A stretch of DNA of 64,000 bases from an uncultured candidate division Zixibacteria bacterium (GTDB lineage: Bacteria > Zixibacteria > MSB-5A5 > GN15 > FEB-12): the NCBI GenBank assembly GCA_963664195.1, contig OY760907.1, positions 2,400,001 through 2,464,000 of the forward strand. Reading direction: 5' to 3'. Of the stretch, positions 30,063-39,539 are shown piece after piece. The first letter of the stretch is position 1; every line of letters begins with the position of its first letter. A program made the translations under genes and the position numbers. The notes beneath the pieces are model-generated. The model was not told the DNA's origin, ran no database searches, and worked only from the letters and a program-made list of their open reading frames with translations.

Positions 30063-32119
30063 AAACACTGCTTATAGTCACAGCGATGTTGCTGCTGTCG
30101 GTGGGCGCAATTGCGCAGGACAGCACCTTTGTTGATTCGTCAGCGATTGACAGCGCCTTGCCGCCGTCTGTCGACGCCATAACTGTTGTTCCGAAGCTGA
30201 CCGATACCAACGTCCCGCAGACACTCGAAGACTCCATGCGGGTTGCTTTCCCCGGGATCGATCCTGACACGTTGACAGAAACTCAACGTTTGGGCGTCGC
30301 GTTTGAAACCCGTCTGCGTCTGCATCGCGAAGACAGACCGGTGGCAGAAGCCGAGTCGCCGTTTTCATACTTCGACAGCCTTGCCGTTTGGTTTGTGCCG
30401 GAGAGATGGAACATGCGGGAGGGGATAGATCGGACTTTCTATCATGACGCCGGACACTATTTCAAACTCAATCCCGGCTTTGTCGTTCGAGAGCACCAGA
30501 CCACCCCCATGCGCACAACCGTGCAACCCTACGGGCTGTCCGGCGACCGTCTGGGTGTGATGATCAACGATAATCAACTCTCGCCGTTTGAGCACATCGT
30601 TGAACCTGACGGTCTGATGGACCTCAATGATATCCCCACCGCGCTCGACCACACCGTTGCCATTCTCCCCGGACCGGCAGGAATGGTGTTCGGCGGGAAG
30701 CATTCTGTTGCCACGTTGCTTACGTTGCCGAAACCTAAAGACTCCTCCCATTCAGAGAGCCGGTTCCTCGTAGACAAAGGCTCTTTCGGGTTTTCCTACG
30801 CCCGCGCCAGATACTCCAAACGCTTCCTCAGCGGCAAAGAAATCGACATGTCTATCGGTTACCGCAATGCCGACGGGCCGGTCTACGGTCGCGATGACTT
30901 TGCCTACCACTACACAGGGGATTTCTATCTGCCCTGGGGGGACCACAAGGCGATTCGCGCCACCGGTTGCCTGTACGATCGCGAGGGGACATTCCTCGTC
31001 AGACCGGACGCTTACGGTGGGCGGATACACCGCGACCGGTTCGACCGCCTAGCCAAAGTCTCCTTTGTCAAACACAACGAGGACTACACGGGCCGACGGG
31101 AGCTTGGCTACAAGCACGTCCGGCAGGCGTCGAGCCTGGACGATGCCTATGTTGCACGATTGAATGTCACTGTCAACGGCCTGTTCGCCTCAAGCGAGTG
31201 GATTGCCGAGCGAACCATTGTGCAGGCCAAACTGGCCCTCGACCACAACGAATACGACGACTGGTGGGACATTCACAATCGATATGAAGCGCTGGCGTCG
31301 TTCTCACTGGCACGGATGAGCGAACCCTACCGTCTCGCACTGAATGTCAACGGGCAGTACGTCGAGAGCCAGAAGTTCCTGCCGTCGGTCTCGGCCATGG
31401 TGCAGCGCGAGTCCGAGAAGATGCTGTTTGTTCTGTCTGCCGGTTACAGCGAACGCGCGCCAAGCCTCCACGAGATGTACCTTCGTTACCAGAAGACCGA
31501 GATGTACGGTTCCTACAACGATTACGCCGACCACGGCAATGCCGAGTTGAAACCGGAGCGACAACTGATCGGCTCGACCGAGTTTGAACTGGGGTCACGG
31601 ACGACCAATGTCGGGCTGGAAATCACCGGCGGCAAGATATTCGACGGTATCGATTGGAACCCGGAATACGACGGCAACACGACGGTCTTTTCACCTAAAA
31701 ACGGCGATGTTGATTTTGCCAATTTCACGCTCGACGGCTCCTTTGGCCTCTCCGACTACCTGAGACTGAAGGCAGGCGGCAGCTACCATTACGTGGAGTA
31801 CGCATTGTACGACGACAAACCGTATACGCCGGCGTTCCAGACATTTTCAGGTGTGGAGTTTCACGTGTACTGGCCCCAGAAGCTGCTTGATTTCTGGGCT
31901 TATGCCGAGATGGTGTACACGAGTGAATACGACGGCTACGAGCAGCCAGGTCTTGGCAACGATCCGGTATTCAACGTGAAGATGTCGTTCAAAATGGGCA
32001 GTTTCCGGTTCCATTGGATTTCGCAGAACACGCTGTCCCGCCAGTTCTCCGCCCGTGAGAGTTTTGTTACGCCCGGACGGTACAACACCTACGGTTTCAC
32101 CTGGGACTTTTTGGACTGA
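30059..32119 (+). CDS. Divergent TonB-dependent-receptor-like outer-membrane beta-barrel protein
   Basis: Signal peptide, plug-like segment (GVMIND...ILPGPAGMVFG), SERAPSLHEMY, GNAELKPE, and terminal PGRYNTYGFTWDFLD. Confidence 0.75.
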   Translation: MKTLLIVTAMLLLSVGAIAQDSTFVDSSAIDSALPPSVDAITVVPKLTDTNVPQTLEDSMRVAFPGIDPDTLTETQRLGVAFETRLRLHREDRPVAEAESPFSYFDSLAVWFVPERWNMREGIDRTFYHDAGHYFKLNPGFVVREHQTTPMRTTVQPYGLSGDRLGVMINDNQLSPFEHIVEPDGLMDLNDIPTALDHTVAILPGPAGMVFGGKHSVATLLTLPKPKDSSHSESRFLVDKGSFGFSYARARYSKRFLSGKEIDMSIGYRNADGPVYGRDDFAYHYTGDFYLPWGDHKAIRATGCLYDREGTFLVRPDAYGGRIHRDRFDRLAKVSFVKHNEDYTGRRELGYKHVRQASSLDDAYVARLNVTVNGLFASSEWIAERTIVQAKLALDHNEYDDWWDIHNRYEALASFSLARMSEPYRLALNVNGQYVESQKFLPSVSAMVQRESEKMLFVLSAGYSERAPSLHEMYLRYQKTEMYGSYNDYADHGNAELKPERQLIGSTEFELGSRTTNVGLEITGGKIFDGIDWNPEYDGNTTVFSPKNGDVDFANFTLDGSFGLSDYLRLKAGGSYHYVEYALYDDKPYTPAFQTFSGVEFHVYWPQKLLDFWAYAEMVYTSEYDGYEQPGLGNDPVFNVKMSFKMGSFRFHWISQNTLSRQFSARESFVTPGRYNTYGFTWDFLD

Positions 32120-32144
32120 GCGGTTGGCACCCTTTCGTAGCACC

Positions 32145-32243
32145 GTAGGTCAAAACCCCTGCGGTTTTGACAGGGAAGACGTCGAAACTACAGGGCGCCG
32201 TAGCCGCGTTAGTTTCGACCTACGCTGGCCTGCGGTTTCGACA
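32145..32243. repeat. Cluster of GTAG-type REP-like palindromes (inverted pair, REPIN-like, plus a partial copy)
   Basis: + GTAGGTCAAAACCCCTGCGGTTTTGACA (32145-32172); - GTAGGTCGAAACTA...TAGTTTCGAC (32181-32223); fragment CTGCGGTTTCGACA (32230-32243). Confidence 0.75.
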
Positions 32244-32469
32244 GGCGTGCGTTCATCATACTATATCCGACAATAGTCATTGACAACGTCTTTGTTTTGG
32301 TCTATGCTGAACTGATCGGGGGGAATCACACGACGCGTGACTTCCCCGGGAAGACAACGGCACTACGACAAAAGAGTCTTTTGACGCTGAGATCGGCGGT
32401 ATGCCGTGTGGGCAGTGTTCTGTCTGCCGGACTGCCGGAGCGGTTTCAATCGAAAGGAGGTGAGAGAGA

Positions 32470-32826
32470 ATGAAGATCAACAGCATTGCCAGACTGGCGT
32501 TTCTGTGCCTGCTGGGCGGAGCGGTCTGTTTGCTATCCGTCTCATGCGACGATGGTGTTTCTACAGACGGGACATCCCATACGTTCTCCGGTATCATCAC
32601 AGACTCTGTTGGGGGCGTAGCCTTGGAATCCGTTCAGGTGAGTTACTCGGCAGACACCGCAAGTGCATCCGGATTCTACACGGATAGCACCGGCCACTAC
32701 CAGGGCGCGACTTGGGATGGGCATGTAACCATTTACGCTCACAAGAACGGTTATGTCAGTCAGAGCCGAAACTTGACTCTTGACAGGAATCTTACGGGTA
32801 TTGACTTCAAGCTAGTTCAACGCTAG
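32470..32826 (+). CDS. Small lipoprotein with carboxypeptidase-regulatory-like (prealbumin fold) domain
   Basis: AAGGAGG RBS, lipobox LSVS-C, SGIITDS...TDSTGHY...KNGY. Confidence 0.75.
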   Translation: MKINSIARLAFLCLLGGAVCLLSVSCDDGVSTDGTSHTFSGIITDSVGGVALESVQVSYSADTASASGFYTDSTGHYQGATWDGHVTIYAHKNGYVSQSRNLTLDRNLTGIDFKLVQR

Positions 32827-32838
32827 GGGGAGATTACA

Positions 32839-34882
32839 ATGATTAGAATTCTGACCTTTGTCTTACTGCTACTGCTTACTCACTCTGCTCACGCTACTAA
32901 TCTCGTACTTATTCAATTCGACTGTGCCGACTTTCAGTTCTCTCAGTCTCTACTGGAGGAATTAGAATCGAAAGGGGCCACAGCACGGCACGTTTTTGCA
33001 CCGAACTCCGCGATTGTCGACGCACACGGGCTGTCGCCTGATCTTTTGGCAGATGACACGAACAGGTGGACTGTTGTCACAGAGGCCGATCTTACCGGCT
33101 CCAGAGCGGCACTCGTGGATGATCGTATTCTTGACGCCTATCGGCACCTGATCAATCCACCGCCCGCCGAGACAAATGCGGGGGGGGGGGGGGGGATTCC
33201 GCAACTGTCTGAAAGTCGGGGCTGACTCATCGGGTGCGGCAGTGAAAGCTAAGACCGCATATCCCCACAAACTCACCGGACAGTATCTCATCGGCAACAT
33301 AGCTGTTGGCATCTATCTCATGGAATCTACCGGCTCCATTGAGGACTGGTGGCCGGCAGCCGAGCAACAGACCTTCAACGAGATAGTGGAGGGTCTGGAT
33401 TGGCTTGCCGAACAGGGATTCCAAAGAGGTGCAAAGGTCGTTTGGGTGTACGCACCCATGGAGACGGTATCGACCTCTGTGGAGCCAATAGTCGGTCAGT
33501 CCATGCCCTATCATGACATTCTGGGCTGGCACTTCGGCTGGCTGAACGACATTTACTCCGCACACAGTTTGTCCAACGAGTGGGATGGGGCGTACGGGCT
33601 GGCCAACCAGCTGCGTCAAACCTATTCCACCAACTGGGCACTCGAAGTGGTCGTGGTGATGGATGAGAACGACTCCGACCACATGTTCGCCAATGAGCAG
33701 TTTGCCTACGTCACATTGGACGGAAGCAGGCCGGGGCCGTTTGCGATCATGACCTACCATAACGACGGCTGGGGGCAGTCGCAAATGAGCGATGTCATTG
33801 CGCATGAAGCCAGCCACGTATTCGGCGCGTCCGACGAATACAACATTGACGAGAACGGCCCACCACAATGCCATGAATCGGATGACTGCGGGCCACAGAA
33901 CAGTTATCTCCAGACTGACAACGGCAATTGTGCCGTGTGCAATCCCAATTCGGTCAACTGCTACATGAAGGGAAGGCCAGGCTATGTGTGCGCGTACACG
34001 CCTCCCGAGTTGGGATGGCGGGATTACTGGTTGCCGAATAACGAGGTGATGGATCCTGTCGACCAGAACTCAGAGCGCTGGATGTCGATCTATCCGGCGG
34101 CAGCCGGTGACATAATCCGCATTACCGAGTTGGGGGGCAATTTCGCAAATGTGTTTGTCGTGTCGCCGGATATGCTCTTTGGGGCAAGTAACAACATTGT
34201 GTTCTGGGACGGTGTGAATTACAAGGACGAGTTGGTCGCATCGCCGCTCTGTATTGTGAACAAGAACGGCTCTGATATGGGCACGTTCCAGTTGCATTTT
34301 TCCACACCGTCGACGTACGCGGTGTCCGGGCACAGCTTTGGGTTTGACACGCTGTCTTTCGGTCTGCCGAATATAGCAATGTGCCTGCGTCACACCATCT
34401 ATGACAGTCTTGGCAACGTATTTGCCCGACCGACCTTCGACGTAATGAAGAGCAACCTTGCGGTGATTCATCAGGACATTGCGGGGTATCCTGACGGCAT
34501 ATATACATCTGAGGTTTACGGTCATCGTTCGTGCGGAGACCAGACAAATGTCTCGACACTGACATTCATTAACTATATCTGCGGCGATCTCGACGATGAC
34601 AGTCTTGTGACACAGGGCGACTTGACGATCCTGATTGACCATCTCTTCATAACTCTCGAACCTCTCAAACATTTGGCCGCAGCCGATTTGGACGGTTGCG
34701 ACGAAGTTGTTTCAATGGGAGACATGACCGTTCTCATTGATCACTTGTTTGTGTCGCTCGACCCGCTGGAGTGCTGTCACTCACTCGACAGTTATGCCTT
34801 CAAGAGACAGGTGAGTCCTGAGCGATTGCGGGACTTGGAAGCCGTTGCTGGAATGAACGTTGTCCGGCCAGCCAGCCGATAG
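32839..34882 (+). pseudogene. Secreted metzincin-like metalloprotease with dockerin-like C-terminus, frameshifted at a G16 tract (phase-variable OFF allele or sequencing error)
   Basis: ORF 32839-33225 (signal peptide) and ORF 33176-34882 (HEASHVFGASD; duplicated D.D....GD.T.LIDHLF repeat) overlap at G16 33180-33195. Deleting one G fuses them into about 680 aa. Confidence 0.82.
33180..33195 (+). repeat. G16 homopolymer tract
   Basis: Directly visible in the sequence. Confidence 0.98.
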
Positions 34883-34907
34883 GCGTTTCCTGAGCATGCT
34901 TGCCGTA

Positions 34908-34942
34908 CTTGGTCACAGGCTTCCGTAGAGCCTGTGACCAAG
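34908..34942. terminator. 14-bp stem hairpin after the protease gene (possible terminator or stability element; no U tract)
   Basis: CTTGGTCACAGGCT-TCCGTAG-AGCCTGTGACCAAG. Confidence 0.5.
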
Positions 34943-35015
34943 CAAGTCGTATAGACACTTGATCCGCCCGGCGCCTCTTGACTTTTCAATTCTCAGCCCG
35001 TTCCTTTATCTCAAT

Positions 35016-35573
35016 ATGGATATCAATCTAAACCGCGAAACCGCCTATGATCTGGTGGTCGAAAAGATCGGCAAGAACAATCTTCTCAAGCACATCCTGG
35101 CGGTCGAGGTCGGGATGCGTGCGCTTGCTGAGAAGTTCGGCGAAGATGTCGAGTATTGGGGGCTGACTGGACTTGTGCATGACCTCGATTACAACGAAAC
35201 CAAGGACGACGAGAAGAACCACACGTACGTCACTGAGGAATGGCTGGCCGCGTACGAACTTCCGCGGGAAATGCTGTACGCCATCCGCGCACACCCCGGC
35301 CACGTCCCGTGTAAGAGCATGCTCGATTGGGCGCTGTTCTGCACCGATCCCGCCACCGGATTCATAGTGGCCTGTGCGCTGATGCATCCGTCGAAGAAGC
35401 TCGCCTTGATTGACCGGGAGTTTATGCTTCGTCGTTTTTCGGAGAAGAGATTCGCCGCCGGAGCCAGCCGCGAGAATATGGCTTCCTGCTCCAATCTCGA
35501 CCTCGAACTTGGCGACTTTCTCGAGCTTGTCCGAGATGCTATGCTGACCATTACAGACGAGTTGGGTTTGTGA
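35016..35573 (+). CDS. HD/HDIG-domain metal-dependent phosphohydrolase
   Basis: KHILAVE...GLVHDLDY...NH...AIRAH...D; KRFAAG. Start at ATG 35016. Confidence 0.85.
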   Translation: MDINLNRETAYDLVVEKIGKNNLLKHILAVEVGMRALAEKFGEDVEYWGLTGLVHDLDYNETKDDEKNHTYVTEEWLAAYELPREMLYAIRAHPGHVPCKSMLDWALFCTDPATGFIVACALMHPSKKLALIDREFMLRRFSEKRFAAGASRENMASCSNLDLELGDFLELVRDAMLTITDELGL

Positions 35574-36934
35574 ACAACCCGCTGGCGGATACCGGGGGAA
35601 CTGATTCAGCGTTGAAACGGACGTCCTCGATCTTCCGGCGTGAGGTTATTGGCTGGTCGCTGTACGATTTCGCCAACACCATCTACTCGATGAATATCGT
35701 GTCGCTGTACCTCAAGCGGTATATTGTCGAGGACCTCGGCCATGACGACCGGTATTTCGATATCCCGTTTTCCATCTCGATGTTGATTGCGGCGTTGCTC
35801 CTGCCTGCGCTGGGGGCGATGTCTGACCATTCAGCTAAGAAGAAGACGTTTCTGTTCTTGTTCACGCTGACTTGTTGTCTGGCTGTCGGTGGACTGGCCG
35901 CGGTGCCGACCTGGGCACTGAGCGCAATCCTGATACTCTTCATTATTGCCAACTTCTCTTACGAGGCCGGACAGCCTTTCTATAATGCTTTGTTGTATTC
36001 CATTTCCGAGGGGCGGGAGGCACGGTTTATTTCAGGGTTTGGCGTTGCCCTCGGGTATGTCGGCTCTGTTGTCGGCATGATACTCGTACTGCCGTTTGTT
36101 ACCGGCTCTCTTTTTGGCTGGGACGTTCCTTTCCTTGACGGCGGCGGTAAGATCGGCGCTTTTCTGCCGACTGCCGTGCTGTTCATGATCTTCGCTCTGC
36201 CGATCTTCTGCTGGGTGAAGGAAAAGCCGGTCGAGCAGAAAACAGGAGGGATACGAAAGGCATACCGTGAGGTATGGGAGGGCCTTCGCGAGACGCGGAA
36301 ATATCCGGGCGTGCTGCGTTTCCTGATTGCTGATTACTTCGTAGAGGACGCCGTTACCACGGTGATTCTGAATATTGGCATTTACTGCTCGATAGTGATC
36401 GGCCTTGAGGAAGGCCAGATAACAACGTTTCTGATCTTGTCGACTGTCACGGCGGTAATCGGATCGTTGATAATCGGTCAGCTTGCGAAAATCTGGTCGC
36501 TCAAGAAGCTTCTGTATATAATCATTGTAGGGTGGATAGTGTCGTTGCTCATGTTCGTGTTCACAGACAACATGACGATGATCTGGGTGCTCGGTTCGGT
36601 GGTGGGCATTCTGCTCGGGGGGCTGTGGACCACAACGCGCCCGATGCTGGCTGAACTCGTACCGCGCGAGGAGCTCGGCAGGTTCTTCGGTTTGTTCTCC
36701 CTCTCGGGACGCGCCGCCGCAGTGGTCGGACCGTTGATTTGGACAGCAGTTGTGTTCGTGTTCCGCCCTGATCGTACACTCGGTCAATGGGCCGGAGCGC
36801 TCCTTGGGCTCGAAGGTCAGGAGGCAGAACGCTTGCCCTACAAACTTGGTGTAATGTCACTTGTGCTGATGATGGTTATCGGTTTGATTGTGTTCAGGAA
36901 GGTTCCTGAAGTGAAGAGAGACACTGATGGCTGA
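35570..36934 (+). CDS. MFS transporter (Atg22/BtlA-like, UMF1 family)
   Basis: WSLYDFAN, LGAMSD, FYNALL, ISGFGVALGYVG, GRFFGLF; about 12 TMs. Confidence 0.88.
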   Translation: MNNPLADTGGTDSALKRTSSIFRREVIGWSLYDFANTIYSMNIVSLYLKRYIVEDLGHDDRYFDIPFSISMLIAALLLPALGAMSDHSAKKKTFLFLFTLTCCLAVGGLAAVPTWALSAILILFIIANFSYEAGQPFYNALLYSISEGREARFISGFGVALGYVGSVVGMILVLPFVTGSLFGWDVPFLDGGGKIGAFLPTAVLFMIFALPIFCWVKEKPVEQKTGGIRKAYREVWEGLRETRKYPGVLRFLIADYFVEDAVTTVILNIGIYCSIVIGLEEGQITTFLILSTVTAVIGSLIIGQLAKIWSLKKLLYIIIVGWIVSLLMFVFTDNMTMIWVLGSVVGILLGGLWTTTRPMLAELVPREELGRFFGLFSLSGRAAAVVGPLIWTAVVFVFRPDRTLGQWAGALLGLEGQEAERLPYKLGVMSLVLMMVIGLIVFRKVPEVKRDTDG

Positions 36935-37985
36935 GCGGGTTGGTGACCGGTTCCACTACTCCGGAGCCGTGCATATTCATACTACCGAATCCGACGGTAC
37001 CAAGCCACTCGAGGAAATCGTGGAGATCGGTCGCAGTGTCGATCTTGATTTCATGATGTTTGCCGACCACATGGGATTGAGCAACCGTGAGGCCGGACTC
37101 GAAGGCCGGTACGGCGACACGCTGGTGATGATCGGGTATGAACACAACGATCTCGATGACAAGAACCACTTCCTGGTATTCGGCTCACCCGACGTCTACG
37201 TCGAAGACCTTCATCCTCGCGAGTATGTCGCCGCGGCCAGAGCGGACGGGGCGCTGGGCATCATTGCCCATCCGATTGAAAAACGAAACGACTCTGGTAA
37301 GTACCCGCCGTACCCGTGGACGGCCTGGGACACCAATCTGTTCGACGGTATGGAACTGTGGAACCAGATGTCGGAGTGGATGGAAAAGCTCACGCCGCTC
37401 AATAAGTTGTTGATGGCTCTCTCGCCGCGCAAGTCGATGGTAGGTCCGACGCAGGAAGTCCTGAAGAGATGGGACGATCTGAGTCTGACGCAACGATGTG
37501 TCGGTATAGCCAGCGCCGATGCCCATGCTTTTCCGGTCGATCTCGGACCGTGGCGGGTGGAGATATTCCCCTACAAAGTGCACTTCCGGTGCCTTCGGAC
37601 ACATCTTGTCCTCCGCGAACCGTTACCGGATGATTTCGACTCGGCCAGACGAGTTTTCTACGATTCTGTGCGCAACTGCCGCGTGTACATCTCCAATTCT
37701 CGTTGGGGGTGTGCGGACCGGTTCGAGTTCCATGTCGAACGAAAGGGAGAGACCGCCACCAGCGGCGAGAGCCTTGACTCGCACGAGGGGGCACGCATTG
37801 TCGTTACACTGCCCTCGATTGCGACGGTGAAGCTTATTCGCAACGGCGAGGTTATTCGGCAGATAAAGACATCCAGACTGGAACACACAGTGGACAGGCC
37901 CGGTTTGTATCGTGTGGAGGCCTGGAGGGGTAAACGGGGATGGATTTTCTCCAATCACGTCCGATTAGGAAGAGTAGAAGCCTGA
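36927..37985 (+). CDS. PHP-domain metallohydrolase (CehA/McbA-like)
   Basis: HIHTTESDG, ADH, NHFL, IAHP, ELWN, ADAH, and C-terminal YRVE...WIFSN. Confidence 0.82.
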   Translation: MAERVGDRFHYSGAVHIHTTESDGTKPLEEIVEIGRSVDLDFMMFADHMGLSNREAGLEGRYGDTLVMIGYEHNDLDDKNHFLVFGSPDVYVEDLHPREYVAAARADGALGIIAHPIEKRNDSGKYPPYPWTAWDTNLFDGMELWNQMSEWMEKLTPLNKLLMALSPRKSMVGPTQEVLKRWDDLSLTQRCVGIASADAHAFPVDLGPWRVEIFPYKVHFRCLRTHLVLREPLPDDFDSARRVFYDSVRNCRVYISNSRWGCADRFEFHVERKGETATSGESLDSHEGARIVVTLPSIATVKLIRNGEVIRQIKTSRLEHTVDRPGLYRVEAWRGKRGWIFSNHVRLGRVEA

Positions 37986-37988
37986 GGA

Positions 37989-38396
37989 ATGGACAGCATG
38001 GAACAGACGGTCGTTAGCTACATACCCGAAACCAACGGTCACAGTGATCCCGAGCCGATCTATTGCAAGTTTGTGGTTATCGAAACCGCCGGCACACGCA
38101 ATCTGATCGTCGGACCGGTCTCTGAGTATCCCTATCACGCCAACCTGGTCGACCGCTTTTGTTCCGATAACCTTATAGCGTCCAGTTGGATACAGAGGCC
38201 TGACCTGGTCCGTATATTCGATTCGGCGGTCAAAATCCGGGGTGGCGGCTATCTCTCCTTCGATTTCGCAAGAAAAGAGGTCAAGTTGGCCGGTGTGTCC
38301 AAAGCCTACGGCGCCTATCAGCCTAATCAAATTGCAAGGGTCGTCGAACGTACCGACTTCTTTGTCGGTTTCAACGTCAGTATCTCGGGTCTGTAG
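37989..38396 (+). CDS. Janus/Ocnus (PHPT1 phosphohistidine phosphatase)-like protein
   Basis: KFVVI / YHANLVD / GGGYLS / KEVKLAGVSKAYG are collinear with PHPT1 KYVLI / YHADIYD / GGGRIS / KKIHVYGYSMAYG. Confidence 0.65.
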   Translation: MDSMEQTVVSYIPETNGHSDPEPIYCKFVVIETAGTRNLIVGPVSEYPYHANLVDRFCSDNLIASSWIQRPDLVRIFDSAVKIRGGGYLSFDFARKEVKLAGVSKAYGAYQPNQIARVVERTDFFVGFNVSISGL

Positions 38397-38545
38397 CGTC
38401 TACTTGACAGACTGTCTCTCGAATCTCCTGCTATCCCGTACCTGTTGGAAAACTCGCACGCTTAACTCATTGGTGGGGAGCAGTATGCTAAGGATGCACA
38501 GTTGTCAAAGTCTATCTTCATGCACCTGATAAGTATAGAATTTTA

Positions 38546-38574
38546 TTGACATTCGTTCAGTTAACCCCTAAGGT
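38546..38574 (+). promoter_or_regulatory. Candidate sigma-70 promoter of the nuo operon
   Basis: TTGACA-N17-TAAGGT preceded by AT-rich sequence, about 43 nt upstream of nuoA. Confidence 0.5.
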
Positions 38575-38617
38575 TATCGTCAACGTCCGGCTACACAAAC
38601 GGCGTAAGGAATGCAAC

Positions 38618-38974
38618 ATGTTCGAAGAATTCTACCCGATCCTGTTTCTTCTGGGACTGGCCACGTTTCTGGCGGTGATGCTGACTGCCCTGTCGATTCT
38701 TCTGGGCCGGCGTACCAGATTGGGCAAGAAGGGCCAGCCGTATGAATGCGGTGTTGATCCTGTCGGTGACACCCGCGAACCCGTACCGGTCAAGTTCTTC
38801 CTGGTGGCCATTTCCTTTATTCTTTTCGATGTCGAGTTGATCTTTTTGCTGCCGTGGGCAGTTGTCTCTCGTGAACTCGGCATGTTCGGGTTTTCCGCCA
38901 TATCGGTATTTGTGGTGGTGATCCTCGTGGGCTACTTCTATGAGATTGGCCGAGGAGCTTTGAAATGGGATTAG
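38618..38974 (+). CDS. nuoA: NADH-quinone oxidoreductase subunit A
   Basis: [25 protein letters not shown]. Start at ATG 38618 after an AAGGA RBS. Confidence 0.95.
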   Translation: MFEEFYPILFLLGLATFLAVMLTALSILLGRRTRLGKKGQPYECGVDPVGDTREPVPVKFFLVAISFILFDVELIFLLPWAVVSRELGMFGFSAISVFVVVILVGYFYEIGRGALKWD

Positions 38975-39474
38975 AAGAGAAGATACCTGACTCTATTATA
39001 CTGACCACTCTCGATTCGGTTGTCGGTTGGGCACGCAAGCGCTCCTGTTGGCCGCTGACCATGGGATTGGCCTGCTGTGCGATTGAGATGATGGCGACGT
39101 TTATGGCCAAATACGACATGGCCCGCTACGGCATGGAAGTGTTTCGTGCCTCGCCGCGTCAGGCGGACCTGATGATTGTGGCCGGACGAGTGTCGATGAA
39201 AATGGCGCCGGTGGTCAAGACGCTGTACGAGCAAATGCCGAACCCGAAGTGGGTGATTTCAATGGGCTCCTGTGCCTGTAGCGGTGGCGTGTTCAACAAC
39301 TATGCCATCTTGCAGGGTGTGGACAAGATTATTCCGGTCGATGTGTACGTCCCCGGTTGTCCGCCTCGCCCCGAGCAGTTGATGGACGGTATTCTGAAGA
39401 TACACGACAAGATTACGCAGACATCGATAAAGTCGAAGAACGAAGACTGGGGCAGGACCGTCACAGGACGGTAA
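38965..39474 (+). CDS. nuoB: NADH-quinone oxidoreductase subunit B
   Basis: [25 protein letters not shown]. Confidence 0.97.
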   Translation: MGLEEKIPDSIILTTLDSVVGWARKRSCWPLTMGLACCAIEMMATFMAKYDMARYGMEVFRASPRQADLMIVAGRVSMKMAPVVKTLYEQMPNPKWVISMGSCACSGGVFNNYAILQGVDKIIPVDVYVPGCPPRPEQLMDGILKIHDKITQTSIKSKNEDWGRTVTGR

Positions 39475-39539
39475 CTGCTGTGACTACCGGGCGACCGGTT
39501 TCTCAGGACCCTTTGTGAATTTTGGAACAAGAGCCTCGG

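Noticed and set aside
32145..32243. Possible mini-CRISPR array
   Set aside because: The repeats are inverted and unequal, with no regular spacers and no cas genes. They fit REP elements better.
32304..32335. GCTGAA...CGGGGGGAATC resembling the 5' part of a c-di-AMP (ydaO) riboswitch
   Set aside because: The conserved 3' elements (e.g. CCGUCAGCUAAC) are absent.
32120..34960. Genomic island or mobile element
   Set aside because: No integrase, transposase, tRNA or direct repeats were seen. It is only accessory-looking.
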